Source: Bacillota bacterium (lineage in GTDB: Bacteria; Bacillota; DTU025). Taken from it: DNA of 64,000 nt. This document shows, piece after piece, positions 9,979-21,661 of the stretch (within the stretch, counting starts at the first letter, position 1; the number at the start of each line of letters is the position of its first letter). Location: positions 768,001-832,000 of the forward strand of contig JBMNJT010000002.1 of the NCBI GenBank assembly GCA_050951805.1, read 5' to 3'. A program made the position numbers and the translations under genes. The notes beneath the pieces are model-generated. The model was not told where the DNA came from. It saw only the letters and a program-made list of their open reading frames with translations, and did no database searches.

Positions 9979-10520
9979 ACAATCCTCCTCAATTGGGAAT
10001 CTTCATGACAAATGGAAGGAGATTCTTGAAGGACTAGACTGAAGCCCATTTCTGGCGCGTACGCTCTGAGTCAGTGCATTTTGCGTCGATTTCTGCCGTT
10101 TGAACGATGCCAGAAAGCTGTTCAAAACGGATTAGTGGGACGCTATTGTGACAACCTTCCGGCTCACTTTCTGGGGCCGTGAATGAGGTATCTATCGCGA
10201 TCGGTAGGATACACCCAGGGGAAGAGCCTACCTTGACACAGAGCTACACGCGAAAGGGGCCAGCAAGATGGATAGTATCACAGGGCGCATCGAACTGCAC
10301 GTCCGAAAACGGGTGTGTTTGGCAATCGCAGAGTGCGTGGTTGCGCAGCCGAGATGTGCAGGGGCTAACTGCTTGGGCCCGGGGTCGGATCTCAGGGATT
10401 CATGGTATAATGACGTTATCAGCATAGAGATTGAATTCGCATGAAGGAGCATTTGGCATTCTAGGCGATGGAAGCTAAGGAGATTTACAGTGGCGCGGAT
10501 CTTGAGGGACGATCGCCTGG

Positions 10521-11477
10521 ATGAGTAGAAGCAAAAGGATGGGTCGAGCGATCGCTGGAGAACCAAGGCAGGATGCTGAAGAACGGGTTAGGCGCCATAT
10601 CTTAGGCCAACTCCACTCACACGAGATTGATCGGTTTGAGCTGATTCGCAGCAAGGATCGGGTGTGGGTTTTTCGTTGTTCCTTCGATGGAAGCCCCACT
10701 GTAATCAAGTACTTTGAAAAAGATGACGACATGAGGGAGATCCAAAATTATCAGCTTCTTCATCGCTTGGGCATTCCGACGATGGACGTTCTCGAGTATG
10801 CACAGCGATGTCTTGTTTTGGAAGACATCGCTGAGAGCAAGACGTGGCGTTTAGGCATCCCGGACGATCTCAGAGATGAGCAAATTGCCGGCAGGTTAGC
10901 CGAGTGGTATTTTCATTTCCACGAGAAGGGGATCAACATTCCTGAGCTGCCTGAACTGTACTGTGAGACAGATTGCCTGACGATAGCAAACCTCAATCGT
11001 CTGTCGGAAAGGGATCCTTCTCTTAAGGACATTACCTGTTATCTGCAAAACCATGTAGGCCTGTTTCAAAAGGAACTGGCGGGGTTGGTGCGAACTTTGA
11101 ACTACAACGACTTCTATTGGACGAACATGCTCGTAAGAAAAGATCACACTGCCGCCATGATGTTTGATTACAATTATCTAGGTCAAGGCTATCGGGGAAA
11201 CGATATTTCGAATGTGAAGTCTAGTTTGTCAGTCGAAGCGGGAACGGCTTTTGAAGATCAGTATGATGTGCTTTACCATGAAAAACACGGAGTATCAAGA
11301 GAATGCGAGCGTCAGAACGAAGAGAGGATCACATCGATTGTGACGCCGTTGATCACGGTCATTTTAGCATACCAAAAGCCTGATTTCCCTGCCTGGGGAG
11401 AAGAAGCTAGGCAGCTGGTATTGAACCCGCAGTATTTGGAACACGTGAAATCGTTTGTGGATTCCTGTGACAAGTAA
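10521..11477 (+). CDS. Aminoglycoside/choline kinase-like phosphotransferase
   Basis: VIKYF, LVLEDI, YNDFYWTNML (variant HxD..N loop), MFDYN. Confidence 0.7.
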   Translation: MSRSKRMGRAIAGEPRQDAEERVRRHILGQLHSHEIDRFELIRSKDRVWVFRCSFDGSPTVIKYFEKDDDMREIQNYQLLHRLGIPTMDVLEYAQRCLVLEDIAESKTWRLGIPDDLRDEQIAGRLAEWYFHFHEKGINIPELPELYCETDCLTIANLNRLSERDPSLKDITCYLQNHVGLFQKELAGLVRTLNYNDFYWTNMLVRKDHTAAMMFDYNYLGQGYRGNDISNVKSSLSVEAGTAFEDQYDVLYHEKHGVSRECERQNEERITSIVTPLITVILAYQKPDFPAWGEEARQLVLNPQYLEHVKSFVDSCDK

Positions 11478-11740
11478 CGGCAAAGAATTGAGCTGCATGT
11501 GCCGGAGCTTGAAGAACTATGACTTAGGCAGCAAATGTTGCTAGATCCCAAAGCCATGTAATACAATGCCTATTCCGATGCAAGCTGCAATGGGTATCAT
11601 TGGGATACGGGTTGCACTGACTTCCTGAAAGAGGATTGGGGCGACTGGCACCGGCAGTAGATTGGCTATATCAGTTGTAGGTATAGCAACTCAAGGGGTA
11701 TTTGGCTTCTGCGAAGTTCTGGGAGTGGGGAGGTGCTGTT
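11478..11740 (+). pseudogene. Degraded GNAT acetyltransferase N-terminus
   Basis: Reads RQRIELHVPELEEL*LRQQMLLDPKAM*YNAYSDASCNGYHWDTGCTDFLKEDWGDWHRQ*IG; resembles, from memory, a clostridial GNAT family (LWFRQ.ML.DP.TMSYN...GYH..TGCIDF...W..W) with three stops. Confidence 0.6.
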
Positions 11741-11821
11741 CGGATATATAATGGTGCTTTTGTGCGACATAATCGGAACGTTTAGGTGTCTGTAATCGCT
11801 TAGTGGGAGTAGGGACAGCAG

Positions 11822-12712
11822 TTGAAATCATGGCGCTTGGGGTCGTACAAATCAATCCTGGCCGACCTGAGCCTAGTAGGGATATGCGTTATATGGGGAA
11901 CGAGCTTCGCCATAGTCAAGACAGTGCTGGGCGACACGAATCCGGCCACTTTTATTGCGGCAAGATTTGTACTTGCTACGGTTCTTCTCGGGCTCGTTGC
12001 GGGTCGGCGCCTTCGTGGACTGGACTGGGAATACTGTAAGGCAGGGTTCGCGCTGGCAATCCCCCTCATGCTCGGGTTTTTAACCCAAACTTGCGGGTTG
12101 CAGGGGACTACTGCGTCCAAGGCCGGGTTCATCACAGGGATGCACGTAGTTTTTACGCTTTTCCTTGAACAGAAGGTCCTCAAGAATCGCATCATGCCAT
12201 ATCAGATCACAGGCGTTGGTGTTGCAGTTGCAGGGCTTGGCCTTCTCACACTGGACAGGCTGTCGCCTCCGACATATGGCGATATTCTGATCTTAGTGTG
12301 CGCATTTTGCTTTGCGGTCCACATAATCCTCCTCGCCAGGTATTCGCCGACCATGGACGGCTTGCTCCTGTCATTTACCCAGATGGCATGGGCTGCGGTC
12401 TTTGCGGTGTTGGCTGCAGGATCCGACATAGTCCAGATATTCCAATTCGACAAGGACTTAGTCCTCTCCGTAGCCTACCTTGGTGCAACAGGAACAGCGC
12501 TTGCTTATCTCGTTCAGACTACAGCTCAAAAATATACGCCGCCTACACGGGCGGCCCTGATACTCCAGACCGAACCGATTTTTACATCCATCTTTGCGCG
12601 GCTATGGTTGGGGGAGCGTCTCAGCGTGCAGCAGGCGATTGGGGCCATTCTCATACTAGCCGGCATTCTGCTGTGTCAGGTTGGTGATATCAAACGATCC
12701 AGGGAGGTGTGA
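11822..12712 (+). CDS. DMT/EamA family transporter
   Basis: IWGTSF, ARF, TTASKAGFITG, TEPIF, LGERLS; about 10 TM helices. Confidence 0.9.
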   Translation: MKSWRLGSYKSILADLSLVGICVIWGTSFAIVKTVLGDTNPATFIAARFVLATVLLGLVAGRRLRGLDWEYCKAGFALAIPLMLGFLTQTCGLQGTTASKAGFITGMHVVFTLFLEQKVLKNRIMPYQITGVGVAVAGLGLLTLDRLSPPTYGDILILVCAFCFAVHIILLARYSPTMDGLLLSFTQMAWAAVFAVLAAGSDIVQIFQFDKDLVLSVAYLGATGTALAYLVQTTAQKYTPPTRAALILQTEPIFTSIFARLWLGERLSVQQAIGAILILAGILLCQVGDIKRSREV

Positions 12713-12716
12713 TGGC

Positions 12717-14162
12717 TTGAGAGTTCTCGAAATAGCGCTAGACAGAGCCTGCGCGACCGGAGCGGAATATGCGGATGTTCGTGCGTTGCATCAGACGGAG
12801 GAGAGGCTCTCTGTTCGCAATGGTGTTGTGGAGCGGGCCACGAGCGGAGTCTCGCATGGCATAGGCGTTAGGGCACTTGTGGATGGGGCATGGGGATTCG
12901 CCGCAAGCTGTGTTGTGAGCGAGAGCGAGGCTGCCAGAGTTGCTGCGGAGGCAGTAGAGATTGCCAGGGCAAGCGCAATGGCAAAGAAGTGTGACGTTGT
13001 TCTTGCGCCACTCGATCCTGTAGTTGTGGAGTGGGAGTCGCCATGTGCCATAGATCCTTGGTCAGTTCCGAGGGCTCAGAAGATAGACCTTCTCAGGGAG
13101 GCTTGCAGCCGCGCGATGTCCGGCGGAAGCGATGTGCGCTATGCATCGGCGTCCATGAATGCGATAAGGGATGATAAGGCCTATGCCAACTCTGAGGGGG
13201 CGCGGATTCGGCAGCGGACCACGGTCACTTCGGCGGGCATCAAGGCGATAGCTCTTGGCAACGGAGAGATGCAGGTCAGATCGTATCCTGGGACGTTTGA
13301 AGGCAATGTGAGGCAGGCAGGGTACGAATGGATAGAGGAGATGGACATTGCTGGACATGCGGCTGAAATCGGGAAACAAGCTCAGGCTCTCCTCGCGGCC
13401 CAACAATGCCCGGAGATAAAGACCACTCTGATACTGGGCACCAATCAGTTGGCACTGCAGATACATGAGTCTTGCGGTCATCCGACGGAGCTGGACCGAG
13501 TCTATGGCTATGAGGCGTCTTATGCGGGAACGAGTTTTCTTGACCCTGGCAAGCTGGGAAACTTCAGGTATGGATCTGACTTGGTCAACATCTACGCCGA
13601 TTCGACGATTCCAGGAGGGCTTGGTACCTTTGCGTACGATGATGAAGGGGTTCGGTCTTGCCGAACTGATCTGGTTAGAAATGGCATGTTCGAGGCGTAT
13701 TTGATGTCGAGGGAGACTGCTGCAAGGCTCGGAAAGACCAGCAATGGTTGTATGAGAGCGAGCGGATGGGATAGAATGCCCATCATAAGGATGACCAATA
13801 TATGCCTTGAGCCGGGTAACGAGACCCTCGAATCCCTCATCCGCGGAACTGATGATGGCATATTCATGGACGGGATAAAGAGTTGGAGCATTGATGACAG
13901 GCGCTTAAACTTCCAATTTGGAAGCGAGATCGGCTGGCGGATACGCAATGGCCAGCTTGCGGAGATGGTGAAGAATCCAACATACACAGGAATAACTCCA
14001 GAGTTTTGGAATTCCTGCGATGGTATCGCGGGGTCTGACGAATGGGTGCTGTGGGGCTTTCCTAACTGCGGAAAGGGAGAGCCCAGCCAGGTCATGTTCG
14101 TTGGGCATGGCACTGCGCCTGCGAGGTTCAGGAATGTGAAGGTAGGTGTCGGAAGATGGTAG
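12717..14162 (+). CDS. tldD: TldD-family metalloprotease
   Basis: YADVR, GIGVRALVDGAWGFA, HESCGHPTELDR zinc site, YDDEGV, RMTN, CGKGEP; TTG after GGAGGTG. Confidence 0.92.
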   Translation: MRVLEIALDRACATGAEYADVRALHQTEERLSVRNGVVERATSGVSHGIGVRALVDGAWGFAASCVVSESEAARVAAEAVEIARASAMAKKCDVVLAPLDPVVVEWESPCAIDPWSVPRAQKIDLLREACSRAMSGGSDVRYASASMNAIRDDKAYANSEGARIRQRTTVTSAGIKAIALGNGEMQVRSYPGTFEGNVRQAGYEWIEEMDIAGHAAEIGKQAQALLAAQQCPEIKTTLILGTNQLALQIHESCGHPTELDRVYGYEASYAGTSFLDPGKLGNFRYGSDLVNIYADSTIPGGLGTFAYDDEGVRSCRTDLVRNGMFEAYLMSRETAARLGKTSNGCMRASGWDRMPIIRMTNICLEPGNETLESLIRGTDDGIFMDGIKSWSIDDRRLNFQFGSEIGWRIRNGQLAEMVKNPTYTGITPEFWNSCDGIAGSDEWVLWGFPNCGKGEPSQVMFVGHGTAPARFRNVKVGVGRW

Positions 14163-15511
14163 GCCAGGAGCGTGCGCAGGAGATAGTCGAAGCGGCCATT
14201 TCAGCCTGCAGAGCTGATGCTGTCGAAGCTGTACTCATGAGCGACGTTGACAACCTTACCAGGTTTGCAAATTCTGAGATCCATCAGAACGCTTCGGTCT
14301 CGTCAGACATCTTGTATGTGAGGGCCATTTGTGGAAAACGTGAGGGATGGGCGACTACAAATCAGCTGACCTCGGAAGCTGTTAGGGACGCTGCGGCGCT
14401 GGCGATGGAGATCGCCATGGTTCAACCTGAGAATCCCGATTTTCCGGGTTTGGCAGGGCTGTGTAGATATGAGGAAGCTGGCGGCTACGACGAGCGAACG
14501 GCATCCTTTTCGGCCCGCGAGAGAGCCATGGCTGTGAAGGCAATCACAGCCATAGCTGACAAGCATGAACTCAACGCCTCCGGGGCGTTTCGTACGAGGG
14601 TTACTGGCATGGCGATTGCAAACTCTGAAGGAGCCAGCGCGTGGATGAGAGGGACAGATTCCGCAATAAGCGCGGTGATCATGACGGGATACGATTCCAA
14701 TGCCGGATCAGGCTACGCTGAAGCGGCGTCCTGGTCAGCGGGGAATCTTGACGCGCGGGCTATCGGAGAAAGGGCTGTGGAGAAGTGCCTTTCTTCCAGG
14801 AATCCTGGTGCATTAGAGCCTGGCGAATACGAAGCCATTCTTGAGCCAGCTGCAGTAGTCGACATGATGGAGACCCTGGCTTTGATGGGCATCAATGGGA
14901 TATCATTCATAGAGGGAAGAAGTTATGCTAGCGGACGGATAGGTTCAAAGATCACGTCCGATATGGTGACTATCGAGGATAACTGGCATGACCCGGGCCT
15001 CTTGCCGCGGCCATTCGATCTGGAAGGGGTTCCGCGACGGCCCGTGACCCTCATCGAACACGGCGTGGCGTCCGGCATGATCTTTGACAGACTTGCAGCC
15101 AAGAAAGCGGGGACAGAGTCGACCGGGCATGCCCTTGTTGGGGGCGCCCTCAAAGGCGGCTACCCACTGCATCTGCGGATGAGCCCCGGGGAATCGTCCA
15201 TTGGGGAAATGGTGGCCAGCACCGGGCGGGGCGTTTACGTAACGCGGTTCAACTACACCAATGTGGTGCATCCGACGAAAACGATTTTTACGGGGATGAC
15301 GCGGGACGGCACTTACCTTATTGAAGACGGCCGAATAGTTCGGCCGCTGCGGAATCTGAGGTTCACTGATTCAATACTCGACGGGATTCTTGCGAACATA
15401 GTTGCTGTGTCGCGCGACACAGAGCTGTTGCCGGTTGCGGGGGGCCGCGGAATATACCGGGCGCCTGCTATCAAGACGGCAAAACTAAATTTCATAGGCA
15501 CGACTGCGTAG
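14156..15511 (+). CDS. pmbA: PmbA/TldE-family protein
   Basis: TRFANSEIHQN, FDLEGVP, STGHA, TGMTRDG, NLRFTDS; lacks the HExxxH site; overlaps tldD. Confidence 0.85.
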   Translation: MVGQERAQEIVEAAISACRADAVEAVLMSDVDNLTRFANSEIHQNASVSSDILYVRAICGKREGWATTNQLTSEAVRDAAALAMEIAMVQPENPDFPGLAGLCRYEEAGGYDERTASFSARERAMAVKAITAIADKHELNASGAFRTRVTGMAIANSEGASAWMRGTDSAISAVIMTGYDSNAGSGYAEAASWSAGNLDARAIGERAVEKCLSSRNPGALEPGEYEAILEPAAVVDMMETLALMGINGISFIEGRSYASGRIGSKITSDMVTIEDNWHDPGLLPRPFDLEGVPRRPVTLIEHGVASGMIFDRLAAKKAGTESTGHALVGGALKGGYPLHLRMSPGESSIGEMVASTGRGVYVTRFNYTNVVHPTKTIFTGMTRDGTYLIEDGRIVRPLRNLRFTDSILDGILANIVAVSRDTELLPVAGGRGIYRAPAIKTAKLNFIGTTA

Positions 15512-15535
15512 CGAAGAGGAGCTGACTTTTGATCC

Positions 15536-17014
15536 ATGAATGCGGACTCAACATCGTCTAAAGATAGAAAAGTAAGGGTTAGGATCGCGCCATCGCCCAC
15601 AGGCAATTGCCATGTGGGGACGGCTCGGACTGCTCTGTACAACATGCTTTTTGCGCGGAAATACGGCGGCACATTCGTCCTGAGAATTGACAACACTGAC
15701 CTTGAACGAAGCACCAAAGAGTCAGAAGAAGGCGTCCTTGAAGGCTTGAGATGGCTGGGAATCAAGTGGGATGAAGGGCCGGACATAGGAGGGCCTTACG
15801 GTCCATATCGCCAGCTGGAACGGATGGATACCTACAAGGAAACTGTGGAGAAATTGCTTTCGGAGGGCAAAGCCTATTACTGCTATTGCACCCCTTCAGA
15901 GCTTGAGGAAGAGCGCAAGGCAGCGCTGGCTGCCGGAAAGCCTCCTCGATATTCCGGAAAGTGCAGGGAACTGAGTAGTGCGGACCGCGCGAGGCTGGAG
16001 GCGGAAGGAAGAAGGCCTGTGGTAAGGCTTCGTGTCCCCGATGTCACTTTGTCTTTTGACGATCTGATACGCGGGCATCAACAGAAAGACATGTCGGAGC
16101 GGGGAGATTTCATCATATTCAAGTCTGATGGCACTCCTGTGTATAACTTCGCCACTGTTGTGGACGAGCATTACATGGAGATGAGTCACGTATTCAGGGC
16201 AGTCGAGCACCTGACCAACACTTTCGACCAAGTATGCGTATACACAGCGATGGGATGGGAGCCACCTCAGTTCGGACACCTTACCCTAATGCTCAACCCT
16301 GACCGCACCAAGATCTCGAAGAGGGCTGGCGCAGTGTATATTGGCGAATTCAGGGAAATGGGTTATCTGCCAGAGGCCGTCATCAACTTCCTTGCCCTTC
16401 TGGGCTGGAACCCCGGCACTGAACAAGAGATATTCAGCATAGATGAGCTGGTGGAGGCATTTTCCGTGGACACGCTGTCGAAATCGGACGCTGTGTTCGA
16501 CATGAAGAAACTGGACTGGTTCAACGGAGTCTACATCAGGAGTCTCACCGTGCCTGATTTGGCCTCCAGAGTTCGCCCTTTTATGGAGGCTGCAGGCTAT
16601 TCGGTTGACGATACCGACTATCTGGAACGGGCAGTGGCGCTCATCACCGACAGGATAGGCAAGCTCACCGAGGCGCCGGATTTGCTTGGATTCCTCTTCG
16701 TCGACGACGTGGAACTTGACCCGAGCGCTCTCAAGACCAAAGCCAAGTTTTCGTACGACGACATAGCGCGCGGGCTTAAGGCGTCTGCTGACGCGCTCGA
16801 GAAGGTATCGACGTGGGAGCATGAGCCGATAGAGGAGGCACTCAGAGGGACCGCAACTGAGCTTGGCTGGAAAGCAGGGGAGCTGCTGATGCCTGTGAGG
16901 ATTGCTGTTACCGGCCGCCGAGTCACCCCGCCTCTCTTCGAGAGCCTTGTGCTGCTGGGCCGGGATCGATCTTTGGCCCGGATCAGAAAAGCCATAGCGC
17001 TTTTGGAGGAATAG
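15536..17014 (+). CDS. gltX: Glutamate--tRNA ligase (probably non-discriminating)
   Basis: RIAPSPTGNCHVG (HIGH-like), CYC...YSGKCR, KISKR; gatCAB downstream. Confidence 0.95.
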   Translation: MNADSTSSKDRKVRVRIAPSPTGNCHVGTARTALYNMLFARKYGGTFVLRIDNTDLERSTKESEEGVLEGLRWLGIKWDEGPDIGGPYGPYRQLERMDTYKETVEKLLSEGKAYYCYCTPSELEEERKAALAAGKPPRYSGKCRELSSADRARLEAEGRRPVVRLRVPDVTLSFDDLIRGHQQKDMSERGDFIIFKSDGTPVYNFATVVDEHYMEMSHVFRAVEHLTNTFDQVCVYTAMGWEPPQFGHLTLMLNPDRTKISKRAGAVYIGEFREMGYLPEAVINFLALLGWNPGTEQEIFSIDELVEAFSVDTLSKSDAVFDMKKLDWFNGVYIRSLTVPDLASRVRPFMEAAGYSVDDTDYLERAVALITDRIGKLTEAPDLLGFLFVDDVELDPSALKTKAKFSYDDIARGLKASADALEKVSTWEHEPIEEALRGTATELGWKAGELLMPVRIAVTGRRVTPPLFESLVLLGRDRSLARIRKAIALLEE

Positions 17015-17018
17015 GGGC

Positions 17019-19283
17019 ATGGGCGGAGATCTCCTTGGCGCATTGAATGAGCCGCAGCGAGAGGCCGTCGTTTGTGTCGACGGCCCGCTTCTCATTCTTG
17101 CCGGCGCAGGGAGCGGAAAAACCAGGGTCCTCACGCATAGAGCAGCCTACCTGATATCGGAAAGAAGGGTGCCTCCATACAGAATACTGGCTGTGACGTT
17201 TACCAACAAGGCTGCCAAGGAAATGAAGAACAGAGTAGAAGAACTCGTTGGTGCGCGTGCGGACCTCATGTGGATATCAACATTTCACTCTTTGTGCGCG
17301 AGAATGTTGAGAGAGGACATACCCTCACTTGGTTACAAGAAGAGCTTTACGATACTGGATGAATCTGATCAAACGGCCGTGGTCAAGAAGTGCCTCGATG
17401 ACCTCAACATTTCCGGCGACATGTTCAAGCCGCAGGCAGTGCTCGCTGCCATCAGCTCTGCAAAGAATGAGTTGATAGGTCCTGAGGAACTTGAGGCCAA
17501 TGCACGCGATCCCAGAACTCGTACGATGGGGCAGATATATGCGGCTTATCAGAGCACGCTTGTTCGAGGCAATGCTCTGGATTTTGACGATCTCATAACC
17601 CTTGCAGTGAGGTTGCTCCGGGAATGTCCCGAGATTCTCGAGAAATGGCAGGACAGATTCGAATACCTGATGGTAGATGAATATCAGGACACTAACCATG
17701 CCCAGTACATTCTCGTCAAACTCCTTGCAGCAAGGAGTAGGAACCTGTGTGTAGTGGGGGATGACGACCAATCGATATACGAATGGCGCGGCGCCGATAT
17801 CCGCAACATCCTGGATTTCGAGCGTGATTATCCCGAAGCCCGTGTGATCAAGCTGGAGCAGAACTATAGGTCAACCCAGAACATCCTTAATGCAGCAAAT
17901 TGCGTGATAGCCAACAACAAAGGGCGTAAGGACAAGAGCCTTTGGACTTCCCGAGGTTCGGGCTCTCCGATCTTTGTGCACTGTGCCGAGAATGAACGGG
18001 ATGAGGGAAGGTTCATTGCAGACGAGATTCAGCGGCTTGCAGCTCTTGAAGGAAGGGCGTATCGCGACTTTGCAGTACTATACAGGGTAAATGCGCAGTC
18101 GAGGGCGATAGAAGAAGTCCTCTTGAATAGGGGCATACCGTACAAGATCGTCGGCGGCCTCAAGTTCTACGAGCGGCGCGAGATAAAGGACGTCCTGGCC
18201 TACTTGCGAGTGATTGAGAACCCCGAGGATTCCCTTGCCCTTGAACGGATAATCAATGTTCCGCGTAGGGGAATAGGTGATGCTACACTTGCCATAGTCC
18301 GCAGACTCTCAGAAGAGGCCGGAGTTCCACTCTATGCAGGGGTCGAATTGGCGGTCCGAGCGTCGGATACTCCGAGCCGAGCCAGGAGCGGGTTGTCGCA
18401 GTTTCTCCAGTTGATGGAGGGCCTCCAATCGCGCAAAGGGGAGGCTACGGTCTCTCAGCTTGTAGAGATGGTCCTCGAAAAGACTGGCTACATTCGTGAG
18501 CTGGAACGGGAACAGACTCTGGAGGCCGAGGGCAGAATAGAGAACCTCAGAGAGCTTCTCACCGTGACTCAGGAATTTGAGGCCAGGCGTATGGAGAATT
18601 CTGTTGAGGATGGCGGTGGACCGACAGATATTGGAGCTTTTCTCGAAGAAGTCTCACTCCTTACCGATCTGGACAGGGCAGACCTTTCAGATGATTCCAT
18701 TACACTGATGACGATGCATGCAGCCAAGGGCCTCGAGTTCCCCGTGGTTTTCATCGCTGGCATGGAAGAGAATATCTTTCCCCTTGCGCGATCCGCCCGC
18801 GAGGAGCGCTCTCTCGAGGAGGAACGGCGTCTTTGTTACGTGGGGATCACGCGCGCAAAGGACAGGCTATACCTTGTGCATTCTGTGATGCGCATGATCT
18901 ATGGTTCGACGATGGCAAACGCGCCGTCGCGATTTCTGGGCGAGATTCCAAAGGAGCTGCTGGCCGATGCGATGCATGATAGGCGAAGCCTCTGGGGCAG
19001 ATCGGACGGGCCCGCTTCGCCGGTTATACGTGCTCACTCCGTGGAAGGGCGGTCTGGGACAGCATGGAACCGGGGCGACAGCAGTGACGGGGGAGGCGAA
19101 AACCACGGCGGGGACGGTAGTGCAGAGTATTCTGCCGGTGATCGCGTCAGGCATGCCAAGTTCGGTGAAGGAACGGTTGTGGCCGTGGCAAGAGGCGGGA
19201 ATGATTGGGTCATAACAGTGGCGTTCCCCGGAGGGGGAATCAAGCATTTGGCGCAGAGCTTTGCGCCCATGGAGAGAATCTAG
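17019..19283 (+). CDS. pcrA: ATP-dependent DNA helicase PcrA
   Basis: AGAGSGKT, DEYQDTN, LEQNYRST, HAAKGLEFP, EERRL; C-terminal Tudor-like RVRHAKFGEG. Confidence 0.97.
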   Translation: MGGDLLGALNEPQREAVVCVDGPLLILAGAGSGKTRVLTHRAAYLISERRVPPYRILAVTFTNKAAKEMKNRVEELVGARADLMWISTFHSLCARMLREDIPSLGYKKSFTILDESDQTAVVKKCLDDLNISGDMFKPQAVLAAISSAKNELIGPEELEANARDPRTRTMGQIYAAYQSTLVRGNALDFDDLITLAVRLLRECPEILEKWQDRFEYLMVDEYQDTNHAQYILVKLLAARSRNLCVVGDDDQSIYEWRGADIRNILDFERDYPEARVIKLEQNYRSTQNILNAANCVIANNKGRKDKSLWTSRGSGSPIFVHCAENERDEGRFIADEIQRLAALEGRAYRDFAVLYRVNAQSRAIEEVLLNRGIPYKIVGGLKFYERREIKDVLAYLRVIENPEDSLALERIINVPRRGIGDATLAIVRRLSEEAGVPLYAGVELAVRASDTPSRARSGLSQFLQLMEGLQSRKGEATVSQLVEMVLEKTGYIRELEREQTLEAEGRIENLRELLTVTQEFEARRMENSVEDGGGPTDIGAFLEEVSLLTDLDRADLSDDSITLMTMHAAKGLEFPVVFIAGMEENIFPLARSAREERSLEEERRLCYVGITRAKDRLYLVHSVMRMIYGSTMANAPSRFLGEIPKELLADAMHDRRSLWGRSDGPASPVIRAHSVEGRSGTAWNRGDSSDGGGENHGGDGSAEYSAGDRVRHAKFGEGTVVAVARGGNDWVITVAFPGGGIKHLAQSFAPMERI

Positions 19284-21332
<2,049 letters not shown>

Positions 21333-21355
21333 TCCTTGTGATGGTGGTGAGTGAA

Positions 21356-21661
21356 TTGAGCATTTCAAAGGAGGAGACAGCCCATATTGCCGAATTGGCT
21401 AGGTTGAGCCTGCATGAATCAGAACTTGCTCAGGCACAACATGACCTTTCTGAGATAATCGATTACATGAACAAAATTGCCGGGCTAAATACGGACGGGG
21501 TGGCGCTGACCATTCAACCTTGTCCGGTCGCCAATGTATGGCGCGAGGACGTGGTTCTGCCCTCGCTCAATCGTGAGGAGGTACTTGCCAATGCCCCCGA
21601 CAGGCAGGGCGAGTTCTTCCGGGTGCCAAGGATAATCGAGGCAGAGGGGGCAGACGAATGA
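21356..21661 (+). CDS. gatC: Asp/Glu-tRNA amidotransferase subunit C
   Basis: HIAELARL, REDVV, LANAP, FFRVPRII; start uncertain (21338 or 21356). Confidence 0.92.
   Translation: MSISKEETAHIAELARLSLHESELAQAQHDLSEIIDYMNKIAGLNTDGVALTIQPCPVANVWREDVVLPSLNREEVLANAPDRQGEFFRVPRIIEAEGADE

Noticed and set aside
11478-11740. Stop-codon recoding (Sec/Pyl) in the GNAT-like frame
   Set aside because: All three stop types occur, which fits point-mutation decay
11795-11815. attR copy of the guaA 3' end (AGTGGGAGTAG versus AGTGGGAATGA)
   Set aside because: The match is too short to exceed chance and no integrase is present
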